Of a stretch of DNA of 40,257 bases, positions 26,124-34,385 are shown one piece after another; the first letter of the stretch is position 1; every line of letters starts with the position of its first letter. The notes beneath the pieces are model-generated. The model did no database searches. It was given only the letters and a program-made list of their open reading frames with translations, and was not told the origin of the DNA. A program made the position numbers and the translations under genes. The stretch is from a bacterium (GTDB taxonomy: Bacteria > Electryoneota > RPQS01): contig JADLDM010000025.1 of NCBI GenBank assembly GCA_020846695.1, positions 1 through 40,257 on the forward strand, read 5' to 3'.

Positions 26124-27299
26124 ATGTTCCCCGACGACAAAGACCACACACACGACACACCGGACGAAACACCGGAAGACCTCACGCAATCTTCCAGCTT
26201 CAACTCTGTCCTGGATAGGATCCCGGTCGAAGAAACGCCCGCACCGGAAGAATCCGAAGCTGTAGCGGCTGCCCCTGTGGCTGCCGACGCGGAACCAGTT
26301 TCATCCCCCATCCCCCATCCCCCAGCCCCTGCGGCACAACAGGAGAATCTCGTCACGCTCGAAACCTCGATCCGCGCACTTGATGCAGGTCACATCGAGA
26401 ACGGCAAGCGGAATTACAAATCGTTTTGGGATGCCGCTAAACTGGTCGGCGCGCTCTTCAAGACACTGAGGCCGCTGCCCTATGATGATCGCGAGCGGTT
26501 GTGGATGGAATTTTCCGCGCTGTGTGATGACGTGCGCGCGCAGCAGACGCACGAAAAGGAAGAGCTGAAGTTTTCATCTCACGAACTTCGCGCGGAACTC
26601 GAAGCGAAGATTGCCGCCGTGCGCGAACAGGCTCAGGCCGCGACCAAAGCAACCGAGTTCAACACCGTCACCTCGGAGCTTGCGAAAATCCGCAATGATT
26701 TCACCGCGAAGCAGGGTGTTGAGCCCAACATGCTTGCGCGCGATCGCGAAGCGTTGTGGAAAATCTGGAAGGCTGCCGATGATGAGGTCTGGTCGCGCCG
26801 CACAACGTTGCGCAAAGAAAACTACGAGCAGGGCAGGATATACTGCGCGCAATTTCTCGAAATGGCCGAGCAGGGCGATCCCATTGAGTGCCATAAGAAG
26901 ATCAAGGAACTCCGCCCGTGGCAGCGCGACGTGGAACTGTCACGTGAACAAAGAGAAGAAATCCGCAAGCAGCTTGATCTTGCATGGGACAAAGCCGCCG
27001 CGCGAATTCAGGAACAGCGCGCCGATCGCCAGAAACACTTTGAAGAGTGGTCAGAGAAGGCCGAGGGCTTACTCGAAGAGTGGCAGAACAAGATTGAGAA
27101 GATGCGCGAATTTCGCGGCAGGCTGCTTGAGCAGATCGAGCGCCTAAACGAGATGGAAGCCAATGCGCGCACAGATGAGTTTGCCGATCAGGTTGCAGGT
27201 TGGAAAACCGACAAGCAGCAGAAGCTCGATCACGTCGCCGACACGATCGCGCAGCTTGAGCAGAAGATCGAGTCCGTCAAGAAGCGGCTGAAGAAATAG
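26124..27299 (+). CDS. Coiled-coil protein with DUF349-like repeats and a disordered N-terminus assembled from repeat elements
   Basis: Repeated ...RERLWMEFSALCDDV..., ...REALWKIWKAADDEVWSRR... and ...REEIRKQLDLAWDKA... units. The start is set at MFPDD (26124), 4 nt after the mrr stop. Confidence 0.6.
   Translation: MFPDDKDHTHDTPDETPEDLTQSSSFNSVLDRIPVEETPAPEESEAVAAAPVAADAEPVSSPIPHPPAPAAQQENLVTLETSIRALDAGHIENGKRNYKSFWDAAKLVGALFKTLRPLPYDDRERLWMEFSALCDDVRAQQTHEKEELKFSSHELRAELEAKIAAVREQAQAATKATEFNTVTSELAKIRNDFTAKQGVEPNMLARDREALWKIWKAADDEVWSRRTTLRKENYEQGRIYCAQFLEMAEQGDPIECHKKIKELRPWQRDVELSREQREEIRKQLDLAWDKAAARIQEQRADRQKHFEEWSEKAEGLLEEWQNKIEKMREFRGRLLEQIERLNEMEANARTDEFADQVAGWKTDKQQKLDHVADTIAQLEQKIESVKKRLKK
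26262..26287 (+). repeat. Short form of the GTAGCGGCTGCC...GGCTGCCGA element, inside a CDS
   Basis: GTAGCGGCTGCCCCTGTGGCTGCCGA, encoding VAAAPVAAD. Confidence 0.6.
26305..26329 (+). repeat. (C5AT)-type C-tract, second copy, inside a CDS
   Basis: CCCCCATCCCCCATCCCCCAGCCCC followed by TGCGGC, encoding PIPHPPAPAA (compare PIPHPPSPAA in yidD). Confidence 0.8.
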
Positions 27300-27301
27300 T
27301 T

Positions 27302-28630
27302 GTGTCCGTTTCCTTCGACACGATTTGCGCAATTTCGACTCCGCCCGGCATCGGCGGCATCGCCGTCATTCGACTGTCCGGCCCCGATTCATGGCGAATT
27401 GCTTCTGAAATATCAGGTCTCAGGTCTCAGGTCTCAGGTCTTCTCCCGAACTCCGTCCACTTCTCGCCCCTTCATGACGACGGCGAGTTGGTGGACGAAG
27501 CCCTGCTGACATTTTTCCGTGCGCCGAAATCTTACACGGGCGAAGACGTCGTTGAGATTTCCTGTCACGGCGGCGGCTACGCGGCGAAGCGCGTGTTACA
27601 TGTTGTGTTGAAGAATGGCGTCCGACTTGCTCGTCCCGGTGAATTCACCGAACGCGCTTTTTTGAATGGCAAGTTAGACTTAGCGCAAGCCGAAGCGGTT
27701 GCCGATCTGATACATGCGCGCAGCGAAAGTTCCGGCAAGATTGCGCTTCGTCAATTGGAAGGAAAACTCTCGGCGCTGGTTCACGACATGCGCGCGAAGG
27801 TTCTTGATTTACTCGCGCTGCTGGAACTGGAGTTGGATTTTTCTGAAGAAGATGTCGAGTTTCAAACGCGACAAAGCAGACTCGAAACACTTGCCTCTCT
27901 TCAGGAGCAGATCCGGTGCTTATCAAGCACTTTTTCGCGGGGAAGATTTGCGCGCGAAGGTTTGCGTGTCGCGATTGTCGGCGCGCCGAACGCGGGAAAG
28001 TCAACACTTCTGAATCGCATCGTCGGCGATGATCGCGCAATTGTTTCACCAGAACCCGGCACCACGCGCGACGTAGTCGAGGCGCATATCGAACTCGGCG
28101 GAATCGAAGTGATCTTTCAGGACACTGCCGGCCTGCGCGAAACAAATCACGCCATCGAGTCTCAAGGCATTCTCCGCACGCGCAGAGCCATCGAAAGGTC
28201 CGACTTGGTTGTTCTGTTGATTGACGCTGCCACGAAGACGATGCCCGACACGGAAACGCTTGAGATCATGCAATCGCGCGAAGTGATCACGGTATTCAAC
28301 AAGTGCGATCTGGCTCCGGTGGCAGAAAACATTAGTGGAATTTCCGCAAAGACCGGCGAAGGTGTCGAAGAGTTGCTGCAACAAATCTCAAGCTGGTCGC
28401 ATTCGGAAGACATTACCCGGGAGGAAATTGTCATCACTGAAGCGCGCCACTTCAATGTGCTTACGAGGGCGAGCGATAGTCTTTCCAGAGCGACGGCGCA
28501 AATCACTCAATCCGTTCTGATGGCTTCGGATCTCCGCGATGCAGCAAATGCGCTTGGTGAGATCACCGGTGAAACCATCGGCGAGGAAATCCTCGATAGA
28601 ATCTTCTCGAAATTCTGTATTGGCAAATAG
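27302..28630 (+). CDS. mnmE: tRNA modification GTPase MnmE (TrmE)
   Basis: DTICAISTPPGIGGIAVIRLSG, G1 motif GAPNAGKSTLLN, and the C-terminal FCIGK. Confidence 0.95.
   Translation: MSVSFDTICAISTPPGIGGIAVIRLSGPDSWRIASEISGLRSQVSGLLPNSVHFSPLHDDGELVDEALLTFFRAPKSYTGEDVVEISCHGGGYAAKRVLHVVLKNGVRLARPGEFTERAFLNGKLDLAQAEAVADLIHARSESSGKIALRQLEGKLSALVHDMRAKVLDLLALLELELDFSEEDVEFQTRQSRLETLASLQEQIRCLSSTFSRGRFAREGLRVAIVGAPNAGKSTLLNRIVGDDRAIVSPEPGTTRDVVEAHIELGGIEVIFQDTAGLRETNHAIESQGILRTRRAIERSDLVVLLIDAATKTMPDTETLEIMQSREVITVFNKCDLAPVAENISGISAKTGEGVEELLQQISSWSHSEDITREEIVITEARHFNVLTRASDSLSRATAQITQSVLMASDLRDAANALGEITGETIGEEILDRIFSKFCIGK
27414..27441 (+). repeat. Perfect 7-bp tandem repeat (CAGGTCT)x4 inside mnmE
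   Basis: Read directly from the sequence: caggtctcaggtctcaggtctcaggtct. It encodes part of SGLRSQVSGL. Confidence 0.9.
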
Positions 28631-28640
28631 CACGAAACGT

Positions 28641-29300
28641 ATGAATTTGTCTCTTCTGATCTTTGATTGTGACGGCGTCTTGGTGGACAGTGAGTGGCTG
28701 GTCGCGCGTGTTGAGGTGGAAACTCGGGCCGAGTTCGGCCAACAGATTTCGATTGAGGAATACATCCGCCGCTACGTCGGCATGTCCACGCGTTCCGATG
28801 AATACCTCAACAGCTTTGCAGGGTTGCCGGCGAATTTTCGTGACATCCTGAAACCACGCGTCGCCCGTGCTCTTCATGAAGAGCTTGATGCAATTCCCGG
28901 CGTTGCAGAAACGCTGGCGAGATTGAACGGCACACCCAAAGCGATTGCTTCGTCGAGTTTGCCAGAAGAAATCGAGATGATGCTGAAGCGCACACAGCTC
29001 TTTCATCATTTTGAAGATCGCATCTTCTCAGTTTCGATGGTGGGCAAGCCGAAGCCTGCGCCGGACATATATATTCATGTTGCCCAGCATTTTGGAGTCG
29101 TAGAGGAAAAGTGTTTGGTGATCGAAGACAGCGTGGTCGGCGCTACTGCTGCGCTTTCCGCGGGCATGACGGTCTGGGGTTTCACCGGCGGCCGTCACAT
29201 CGCACCCGACACTCCGGAGCGTCTGCGCAATCTCGGCTGTCAACTTGTCTTCAAGGATATGCTTGAGCTTCCCAATCTTCTCCGCATCCATATTTCATAA
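28641..29300 (+). CDS. HAD-IA family hydrolase (beta-phosphoglucomutase/phosphatase-like)
   Basis: Motif I LIFDCDGVLVDSE. The start is set at MNLSLL (28641). Confidence 0.8.
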   Translation: MNLSLLIFDCDGVLVDSEWLVARVEVETRAEFGQQISIEEYIRRYVGMSTRSDEYLNSFAGLPANFRDILKPRVARALHEELDAIPGVAETLARLNGTPKAIASSSLPEEIEMMLKRTQLFHHFEDRIFSVSMVGKPKPAPDIYIHVAQHFGVVEEKCLVIEDSVVGATAALSAGMTVWGFTGGRHIAPDTPERLRNLGCQLVFKDMLELPNLLRIHIS

Positions 29301-29321
29301 TTCATATTTTCCCCCACTCCC

Positions 29322-29807
29322 ATGCCCGAACTCGAACACTACAAGTACCGCGGCGCGCGCGCGCTGGTTCTGATGCACGAGCAATTCATGCTCGATTTCT
29401 TGGATATCTGGTGGGCCGCAAAGTCCGCCGAGATCAAACTTCCGCCGACGAATGACGACGATTACAAATCGCTCGATCACCTGCTCTATCACGTGCTTCG
29501 TGCCGCGCGCGGTTACATGACGTGGATGTGCGAGAAGTTGAATCTTCCCGATCCGCATATCAATGAGATTCCCGCAGTCGAGAAGATTGAAGATGAATGC
29601 GACGAATTTCTTGAGCACCTTCTGGAGAAGTGGCGCGAGCCCCTGACACAGATCAACGAGCAGCAAATGGATGCCGTGCATAAAGCGCGGTGGGGCGTGG
29701 ACATGTCCATCGAGTCCATGCTTGAACATGCCGTAATGCACCCGCTGCGGCACTCCTTTCAATTGGAGGAGCTTCTCTCGGATCAGGCGCCTGAATATTT
29801 AGAATAA
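29322..29807 (+). CDS. Hypothetical protein, possibly DinB-like four-helix bundle
   Basis: 161 aa. The spaced histidines (LMHEQF..., ...LEHAVMHPLRH) resemble the DinB superfamily. The assignment is weak. Confidence 0.4.
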   Translation: MPELEHYKYRGARALVLMHEQFMLDFLDIWWAAKSAEIKLPPTNDDDYKSLDHLLYHVLRAARGYMTWMCEKLNLPDPHINEIPAVEKIEDECDEFLEHLLEKWREPLTQINEQQMDAVHKARWGVDMSIESMLEHAVMHPLRHSFQLEELLSDQAPEYLE

Positions 29808-29831
29808 TCACACATAAATCTGGGGTAACGG

Positions 29832-30761
29832 ATGAAGGTATTGCTGAAGTGGCTGGGAATTATCCTGGCCGGAGTAATTGTGTTGCTGCTCATTTTCGCG
29901 GGCTATGTCTATTTCAAGTCCGCGAGTATGTTGAGCAAAACTTACACGCACATTCAGGGAAAGAACATTTACGTACCGAATGACAGCGCGACGGTTGCTC
30001 GCGGCGAGCATCTTGTTCATTGCATAGCCGGATGCGCAGGCTGTCACAATCCCGATCTTGGCGGATATTCGCAGGACATGATGCCGTTCATGATGTTCAA
30101 TACTTCGAATATCACGTTTGGCAAGGGTGGATTACCGGCGGACTACACGATTGAGGATTTGGATTTGATTGTGCGGCACGCGGTGAAGCGCGACAAGACC
30201 GGAGTGTTCATCATGCCGAGCTATCATTACAATCGCATGGCGGACAAAGACGTTGCGGCAATCTACGCGTATTTGAAAACCGCGACAAAGGTTGACAAAG
30301 AAAGTCCAGCTCTTGAGCTTGGGCCGATCGGGCGGATGGTATTATCACAAGGCGGGCTCATAGCGCTGCCCGAGGTAACGGATCACAGCTATAAGCCACC
30401 GCTTGAAGTGGCGCCCTCTGCGACGCCACAATACGGAAAGTATCTCGCGGAAGTCGCATGCATCGGCTGTCACGGTCCGAAATATTCCGGCGGACCGCTT
30501 TTTCAGGGTGATCCGAGCTGGCCGCCCGCGTCGAATCTCTCGACGACGCTCAAGAAATACACGCAGGAAAGTTTTCAGGCATTTCTATTGACGGGAATTC
30601 GTCCCGATGGGACGATCGTGGATACGGTGGCGATGCCGATTCGCGATTTGAAACACGCAGACAGCTTGGAGGTATCGGCGCTTTGGCAGTATCTTAGCGC
30701 TTTGCCACGGGAGGAAACAGGGAAGGCGACTTGGTTGAAGGAGGCCGGGATAGAGGAGTAG
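29832..30761 (+). CDS. Membrane-anchored dihaem c-type cytochrome
   Basis: N-terminal TM helix and two CXXCH motifs (CAGCH, CIGCH). Confidence 0.75.
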   Translation: MKVLLKWLGIILAGVIVLLLIFAGYVYFKSASMLSKTYTHIQGKNIYVPNDSATVARGEHLVHCIAGCAGCHNPDLGGYSQDMMPFMMFNTSNITFGKGGLPADYTIEDLDLIVRHAVKRDKTGVFIMPSYHYNRMADKDVAAIYAYLKTATKVDKESPALELGPIGRMVLSQGGLIALPEVTDHSYKPPLEVAPSATPQYGKYLAEVACIGCHGPKYSGGPLFQGDPSWPPASNLSTTLKKYTQESFQAFLLTGIRPDGTIVDTVAMPIRDLKHADSLEVSALWQYLSALPREETGKATWLKEAGIEE

Positions 30762-30919
30762 GCGGGGGTCGAACTGGAAGCACCAATATACGCATAAACT
30801 TGTCGAAGGTCAATTTGCGGTCGCCTAAACAAAACAAGACATTGCGAAAATAGTTCATCGCGCGCGAGGACTTTCATTCACAAGGTCATGTTTCTTCATG
30901 CTTAAGAAGTCCTCTTCCG

Positions 30920-31348
30920 ATGCTGATTAGATTTTTAAGGGATTTAGAAATAGAAATTTGGCACGCGATGCGCAGAAAACTCTGGCCGGATACGCCGCCA
31001 GAGTTGGAGGAGGCCGAGCGGCTAAGGGCGAAACCGAGCTACTTGATCTGGGTTGCTGAACAAGACGCCGATATCATCGGCTTCTTGGAGGCGCAGACCT
31101 GCAACCGGGCGGACGGCTGTGTGTCCGACTCTATCCTATATATAGAGGGCTGGTTTGTCGAGGAGCCTTTTCGCCATCAGGGTATCGGCAGCGCGCTGAT
31201 GCAGGCCGCCGAAGAGTGGGCGCGCGCTCACAACATCCTCGAACTCGGGAGTGATGCTCTGCTTGACAACACCATCAGCCACCGTGCTCACAAGAAGCTC
31301 GGGTTTCATGAGGTGGATAGACAGATTAGTTATGCGAAGAAGTTGTAG
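30920..31348 (+). CDS. GNAT family N-acetyltransferase, AAC(6')-I-like
   Basis: ...MRRKLWPD... N-terminal pattern, the acetyl-CoA site FRHQGIGSALMQAAEEWA, and a length of 142 aa. Confidence 0.7.
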   Translation: MLIRFLRDLEIEIWHAMRRKLWPDTPPELEEAERLRAKPSYLIWVAEQDADIIGFLEAQTCNRADGCVSDSILYIEGWFVEEPFRHQGIGSALMQAAEEWARAHNILELGSDALLDNTISHRAHKKLGFHEVDRQISYAKKL

Positions 31349-31393
31349 GGACGCGATACGCTTGTCCTGTAAGGATCGTGTCCGTGTCCGCCC
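31345..31393 (+). repeat. GTAGGGAC-class hairpin repeat overlapping the GNAT stop codon
   Basis: GTAGGGACGCGATACGCTTGTCCTGTAAGGATCGTGTCCGTGTCCGCCC, related to the elements at 24906-24954 and 35726-35752. Confidence 0.7.
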
Positions 31394-31436
31394 GTAGCGG
31401 CTGCCCCTGCTTGCCCTGTGTTAGGGTGGCTGCCGA
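31394..31436 (+). repeat. Intergenic copy of the GTAGCGGCTGCC...GGCTGCCGA element
   Basis: GTAGCGGCTGCCCCTGCTTGCCCTGTGTTAGGGTGGCTGCCGA. Confidence 0.7.
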
Positions 31437-31633
31437 CGCCTCTCTCCTTTCTGTCATCCTGTGTAAGGAACTGGTTGCATACCCGATCATCACGCTGCAA
31501 TGAGATCGTCATCAGCCTGCCTGAGTAGATCCTAACCCTCACAAGGACAGGCGCCGGATGACAGAACTCCGGAGGGGTCCTTCATTCCGCAGACTTCATT
31601 CAGGATGACAGAACATAGAATTTTCATACGCAC

Positions 31634-32617
31634 ATGAAAGCAATTACCTTCACACGCTACGGGTCGCCCGATGTGCTCGAACTGAAGGACGTCGAAAAGC
31701 CGACCCCCAAGGACGATGAAGTCCTGATCAAAAGTCATGCGGCCTCCGTGAACGCGGCGGATTGGCATCTCTTGCGCGCTGATCCATTTCCCGTGCGCTT
31801 CATGCTCGGACTTTCCAAACCGAAACCGAAATTTCAAATTCTCGGCGGAGACGTTGCCGGAGTGGTCGCGGCAGTTGGAAAGAACGTCACCGATTTCAAA
31901 ATTGGCGACGAAGTCTTCGGTGAAACCTTTGATGACGGTATGGGCGGCTTCGCGGAATACACTTGCGCGAGGGCAAAGATACTGGTTGCAAAGCCGAAAA
32001 ATCTTTCGTTTGAAGAGGCCGCCGCCGTTCCGATGGCCAGTGTGACTGCGCTATTTGGTTTGCGTGACGTCGCCCAACTCAAGCCGGGACAAACGGCGCT
32101 GATCAACGGCGCCGCCGGAGGTGTAGGAACTTACGCGATTCAAATTGCGAAAGCTCTCGGCGCGGAAGTCACAGCAGTTTGCAGCTCGCGCAATCACGAT
32201 CAGGCCCGCTCTCTCGGTGCGCATCACGTCATTGATTACGCCAAAGAAGACTTCACAAAAAGTGGCAAGCAATACGATGTGATCTTCTCCGTCAACGGCT
32301 ATCATCCGCTCGGCGATTTCAAGCGCGCGCTGTCCCCCAACGGAATCTACGCGATGGCCGGCGGCAACACGAAGCTCCTGATTGATATGATCTTCTTCGC
32401 ACCGTTTCACACCATGTCCGGCAACAAAAAGATGAAGATGGTCGCCTCCAAGCCCAATCAAGCGCGTCTGCAAGCGGTAAAAGAAATGATCGAAGTCGGC
32501 AAGCTGCGCCCCGTGATTGAGAAAACCTATCCACTCACCGAAGTCCCTGACGCAATCCGCCATGTCGAAACCGGCCACGCGCGAGGAAAAGTCGTTATCG
32601 TCGTATGCTCCTCGTAA
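31634..32617 (+). CDS. Medium-chain (zinc-type) dehydrogenase/reductase, quinone oxidoreductase-like
   Basis: MKAITFTRYGSPDVLELKDVEKPTPKDDEVLIKSHAASVN... and the NAD(P) site LINGAAGGVGTYAIQIAK. Confidence 0.85.
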   Translation: MKAITFTRYGSPDVLELKDVEKPTPKDDEVLIKSHAASVNAADWHLLRADPFPVRFMLGLSKPKPKFQILGGDVAGVVAAVGKNVTDFKIGDEVFGETFDDGMGGFAEYTCARAKILVAKPKNLSFEEAAAVPMASVTALFGLRDVAQLKPGQTALINGAAGGVGTYAIQIAKALGAEVTAVCSSRNHDQARSLGAHHVIDYAKEDFTKSGKQYDVIFSVNGYHPLGDFKRALSPNGIYAMAGGNTKLLIDMIFFAPFHTMSGNKKMKMVASKPNQARLQAVKEMIEVGKLRPVIEKTYPLTEVPDAIRHVETGHARGKVVIVVCSS

Positions 32618-34341
32618 TCATACTCTCGTCCGCGCTGATTCTGATCATCGCCTATCGGACGTACGGCTCGATGCTCGCGCGGCTCTTGCAGCTTGACGCG
32701 AACAAAAAAACTCCGGCGGTGGAGTTGCGCGACGGAGTGGATTATGATCCGATTGATTGGAAGGTTCTCTTGAGTCAGCACTTCTCCGCGATTGCCGCAG
32801 CCGGTCCGATTGTCGGGCCGATTGTCGCGGGTGCGATGTTCGGCTGGCTGCCCGCTTTGATTTGGATTCTGCTCGGCGCGATCTTCATCGGCGGCATTCA
32901 CGACTTCGGTTCACTGGTTGCCTCGATTCGCCACAAGGCGCGCTCGATTGCCGAAGTAGTGCGCGAACACATGACGCGCAGAAGCTATCTGCTCTTTCTG
33001 ATTTTCGTTTGGATTGCCCTCATCTATATTATTGTCGCGTTCACGGACATCGTCGCGGGAAGTTTCGTCGGTCAGATCACGCTGGAGAATGGGCAGGTTG
33101 TAAAGGGCTCCGGCATCGCTACGTCGTCGCTGCTCTATCTCGCGCTTCCGCTCGTGATGGCGTTTGTCCTTAGGTTCACTCGTCTTTCATTGCTCACCGT
33201 CACGCTGATCTTCCTTCCATTGGTTGGTTGCGCGATCTGGTTCGGTCAATACATTCCGATTGATCTACAAGCAATGTTCGGGCTTTCCGAAAACGGCGCG
33301 CACAAACTCTGGGATGTTCTGCTGCTGGTCTATTGCTTCATCGCCGCAGTCGTGCCGATGTGGTTACTGCTTCAACCTCGCGGACATTTGGGCGGCTTCT
33401 TCTTGTTCGCGGCATTGCTTGCCGGAGCATTAGGAGTTTTGTTCAGCGGCAGCGAAGTAAAATACCCGGCCTTCACGGGTTGGGAAGTTCCGATGGGCGC
33501 AGGCTTCGCGTCGCTCTTCCCGGTTTTGTTCATCACGATTGCGTGCGGAGCGTGCTCGGGGTTTCATTCGATCATCGCCAGCGGCACCAGCTCGAAGCAA
33601 TTGCAATGCGAGCCCGATGCGAAAAAAGTCGGCTACGGCGCGATGCTTTTGGAAGCCATGGTCGCCGTCGTTTCGCTCTCCTGCGTGATGATCCTCTCAA
33701 AAGAAGCGGTCGCCGGACTGCAAGGCAAACCGAATTACATATACGCGCTCGGGCTTGGAAGATTCATGGAAGTCTTGGGCATTCCCGCAAGCTTCGGAAT
33801 TCTCTTCGGGTTGATGGCCTTCACCACATTTGTTTACGACACGCTCGATGTCTGCACGCGTTTGGGCCGCTACATTCTGCAAGAACTCTTCGGCTGGCAG
33901 GGAACCTTCGGGCGATACGCAGCCACCGCGATCACGGCATTTCTTCCGTTGCTGTTCGTGATGCAGACTGTCACCGACGCAAAGGGCAACATCATTCCAA
34001 GCTGGAGAATCTTCTGGCCGCTGTTCGGCGCAAGCAATCAACTGCTCGCCGCGCTCACGCTGCTCGGTCTGACGGTCTGGCTTCATCGCACCTATCGCGC
34101 GCGCTGGGTCTGGACCTTGGTCGGCCTTCCCACAGTTCTCATGTATATCATGAGCAGTTGGGCTCTCTTGGAATTTGTCTCGCAAGGATTCAACACCGCG
34201 TCGGGATTTGCAATTCCGACTGCGCCCGTGCCGTGGGTTGCGTTGTTGCTTGTCGTCCTCGCTGCCCTGTTGTTGTGGGAAGCGATTAAAGTTTTTTCAT
34301 CGAAGAATCCGCTGATACCCCAGCCCAAAGTTTCACTGTAG
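32605..34341 (+). CDS. cstA: Carbon starvation protein CstA family transporter
   Basis: Polytopic membrane protein with the CstA signature ...FIGGIHDFGSLVASIRHKARSIAEV... Confidence 0.9.
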   Translation: MLLVIILSSALILIIAYRTYGSMLARLLQLDANKKTPAVELRDGVDYDPIDWKVLLSQHFSAIAAAGPIVGPIVAGAMFGWLPALIWILLGAIFIGGIHDFGSLVASIRHKARSIAEVVREHMTRRSYLLFLIFVWIALIYIIVAFTDIVAGSFVGQITLENGQVVKGSGIATSSLLYLALPLVMAFVLRFTRLSLLTVTLIFLPLVGCAIWFGQYIPIDLQAMFGLSENGAHKLWDVLLLVYCFIAAVVPMWLLLQPRGHLGGFFLFAALLAGALGVLFSGSEVKYPAFTGWEVPMGAGFASLFPVLFITIACGACSGFHSIIASGTSSKQLQCEPDAKKVGYGAMLLEAMVAVVSLSCVMILSKEAVAGLQGKPNYIYALGLGRFMEVLGIPASFGILFGLMAFTTFVYDTLDVCTRLGRYILQELFGWQGTFGRYAATAITAFLPLLFVMQTVTDAKGNIIPSWRIFWPLFGASNQLLAALTLLGLTVWLHRTYRARWVWTLVGLPTVLMYIMSSWALLEFVSQGFNTASGFAIPTAPVPWVALLLVVLAALLLWEAIKVFSSKNPLIPQPKVSL

Positions 34342-34360
34342 TGCCGCACTGCGTGCGCTC
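34338..34360 (+). repeat. REP element whose GTAG supplies the cstA stop codon
   Basis: Exact 23-mer. The TAG at 34339-34341 is the cstA stop. Confidence 0.85.
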
Positions 34361-34385
34361 CGAGAATCTATGCCGATTTGATTGA

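Noticed and set aside
25337-26356. 339-aa minus-strand ORF
   Set aside because: It is antisense to the well-supported mrr gene and to the start of the DUF349 gene, and has no recognisable motifs.
33333-34289. 318-aa plus-strand ORF in an alternative frame
   Set aside because: It lies wholly inside cstA in another frame. Its Arg-rich, low-complexity composition is typical of off-frame GC-rich sequence.
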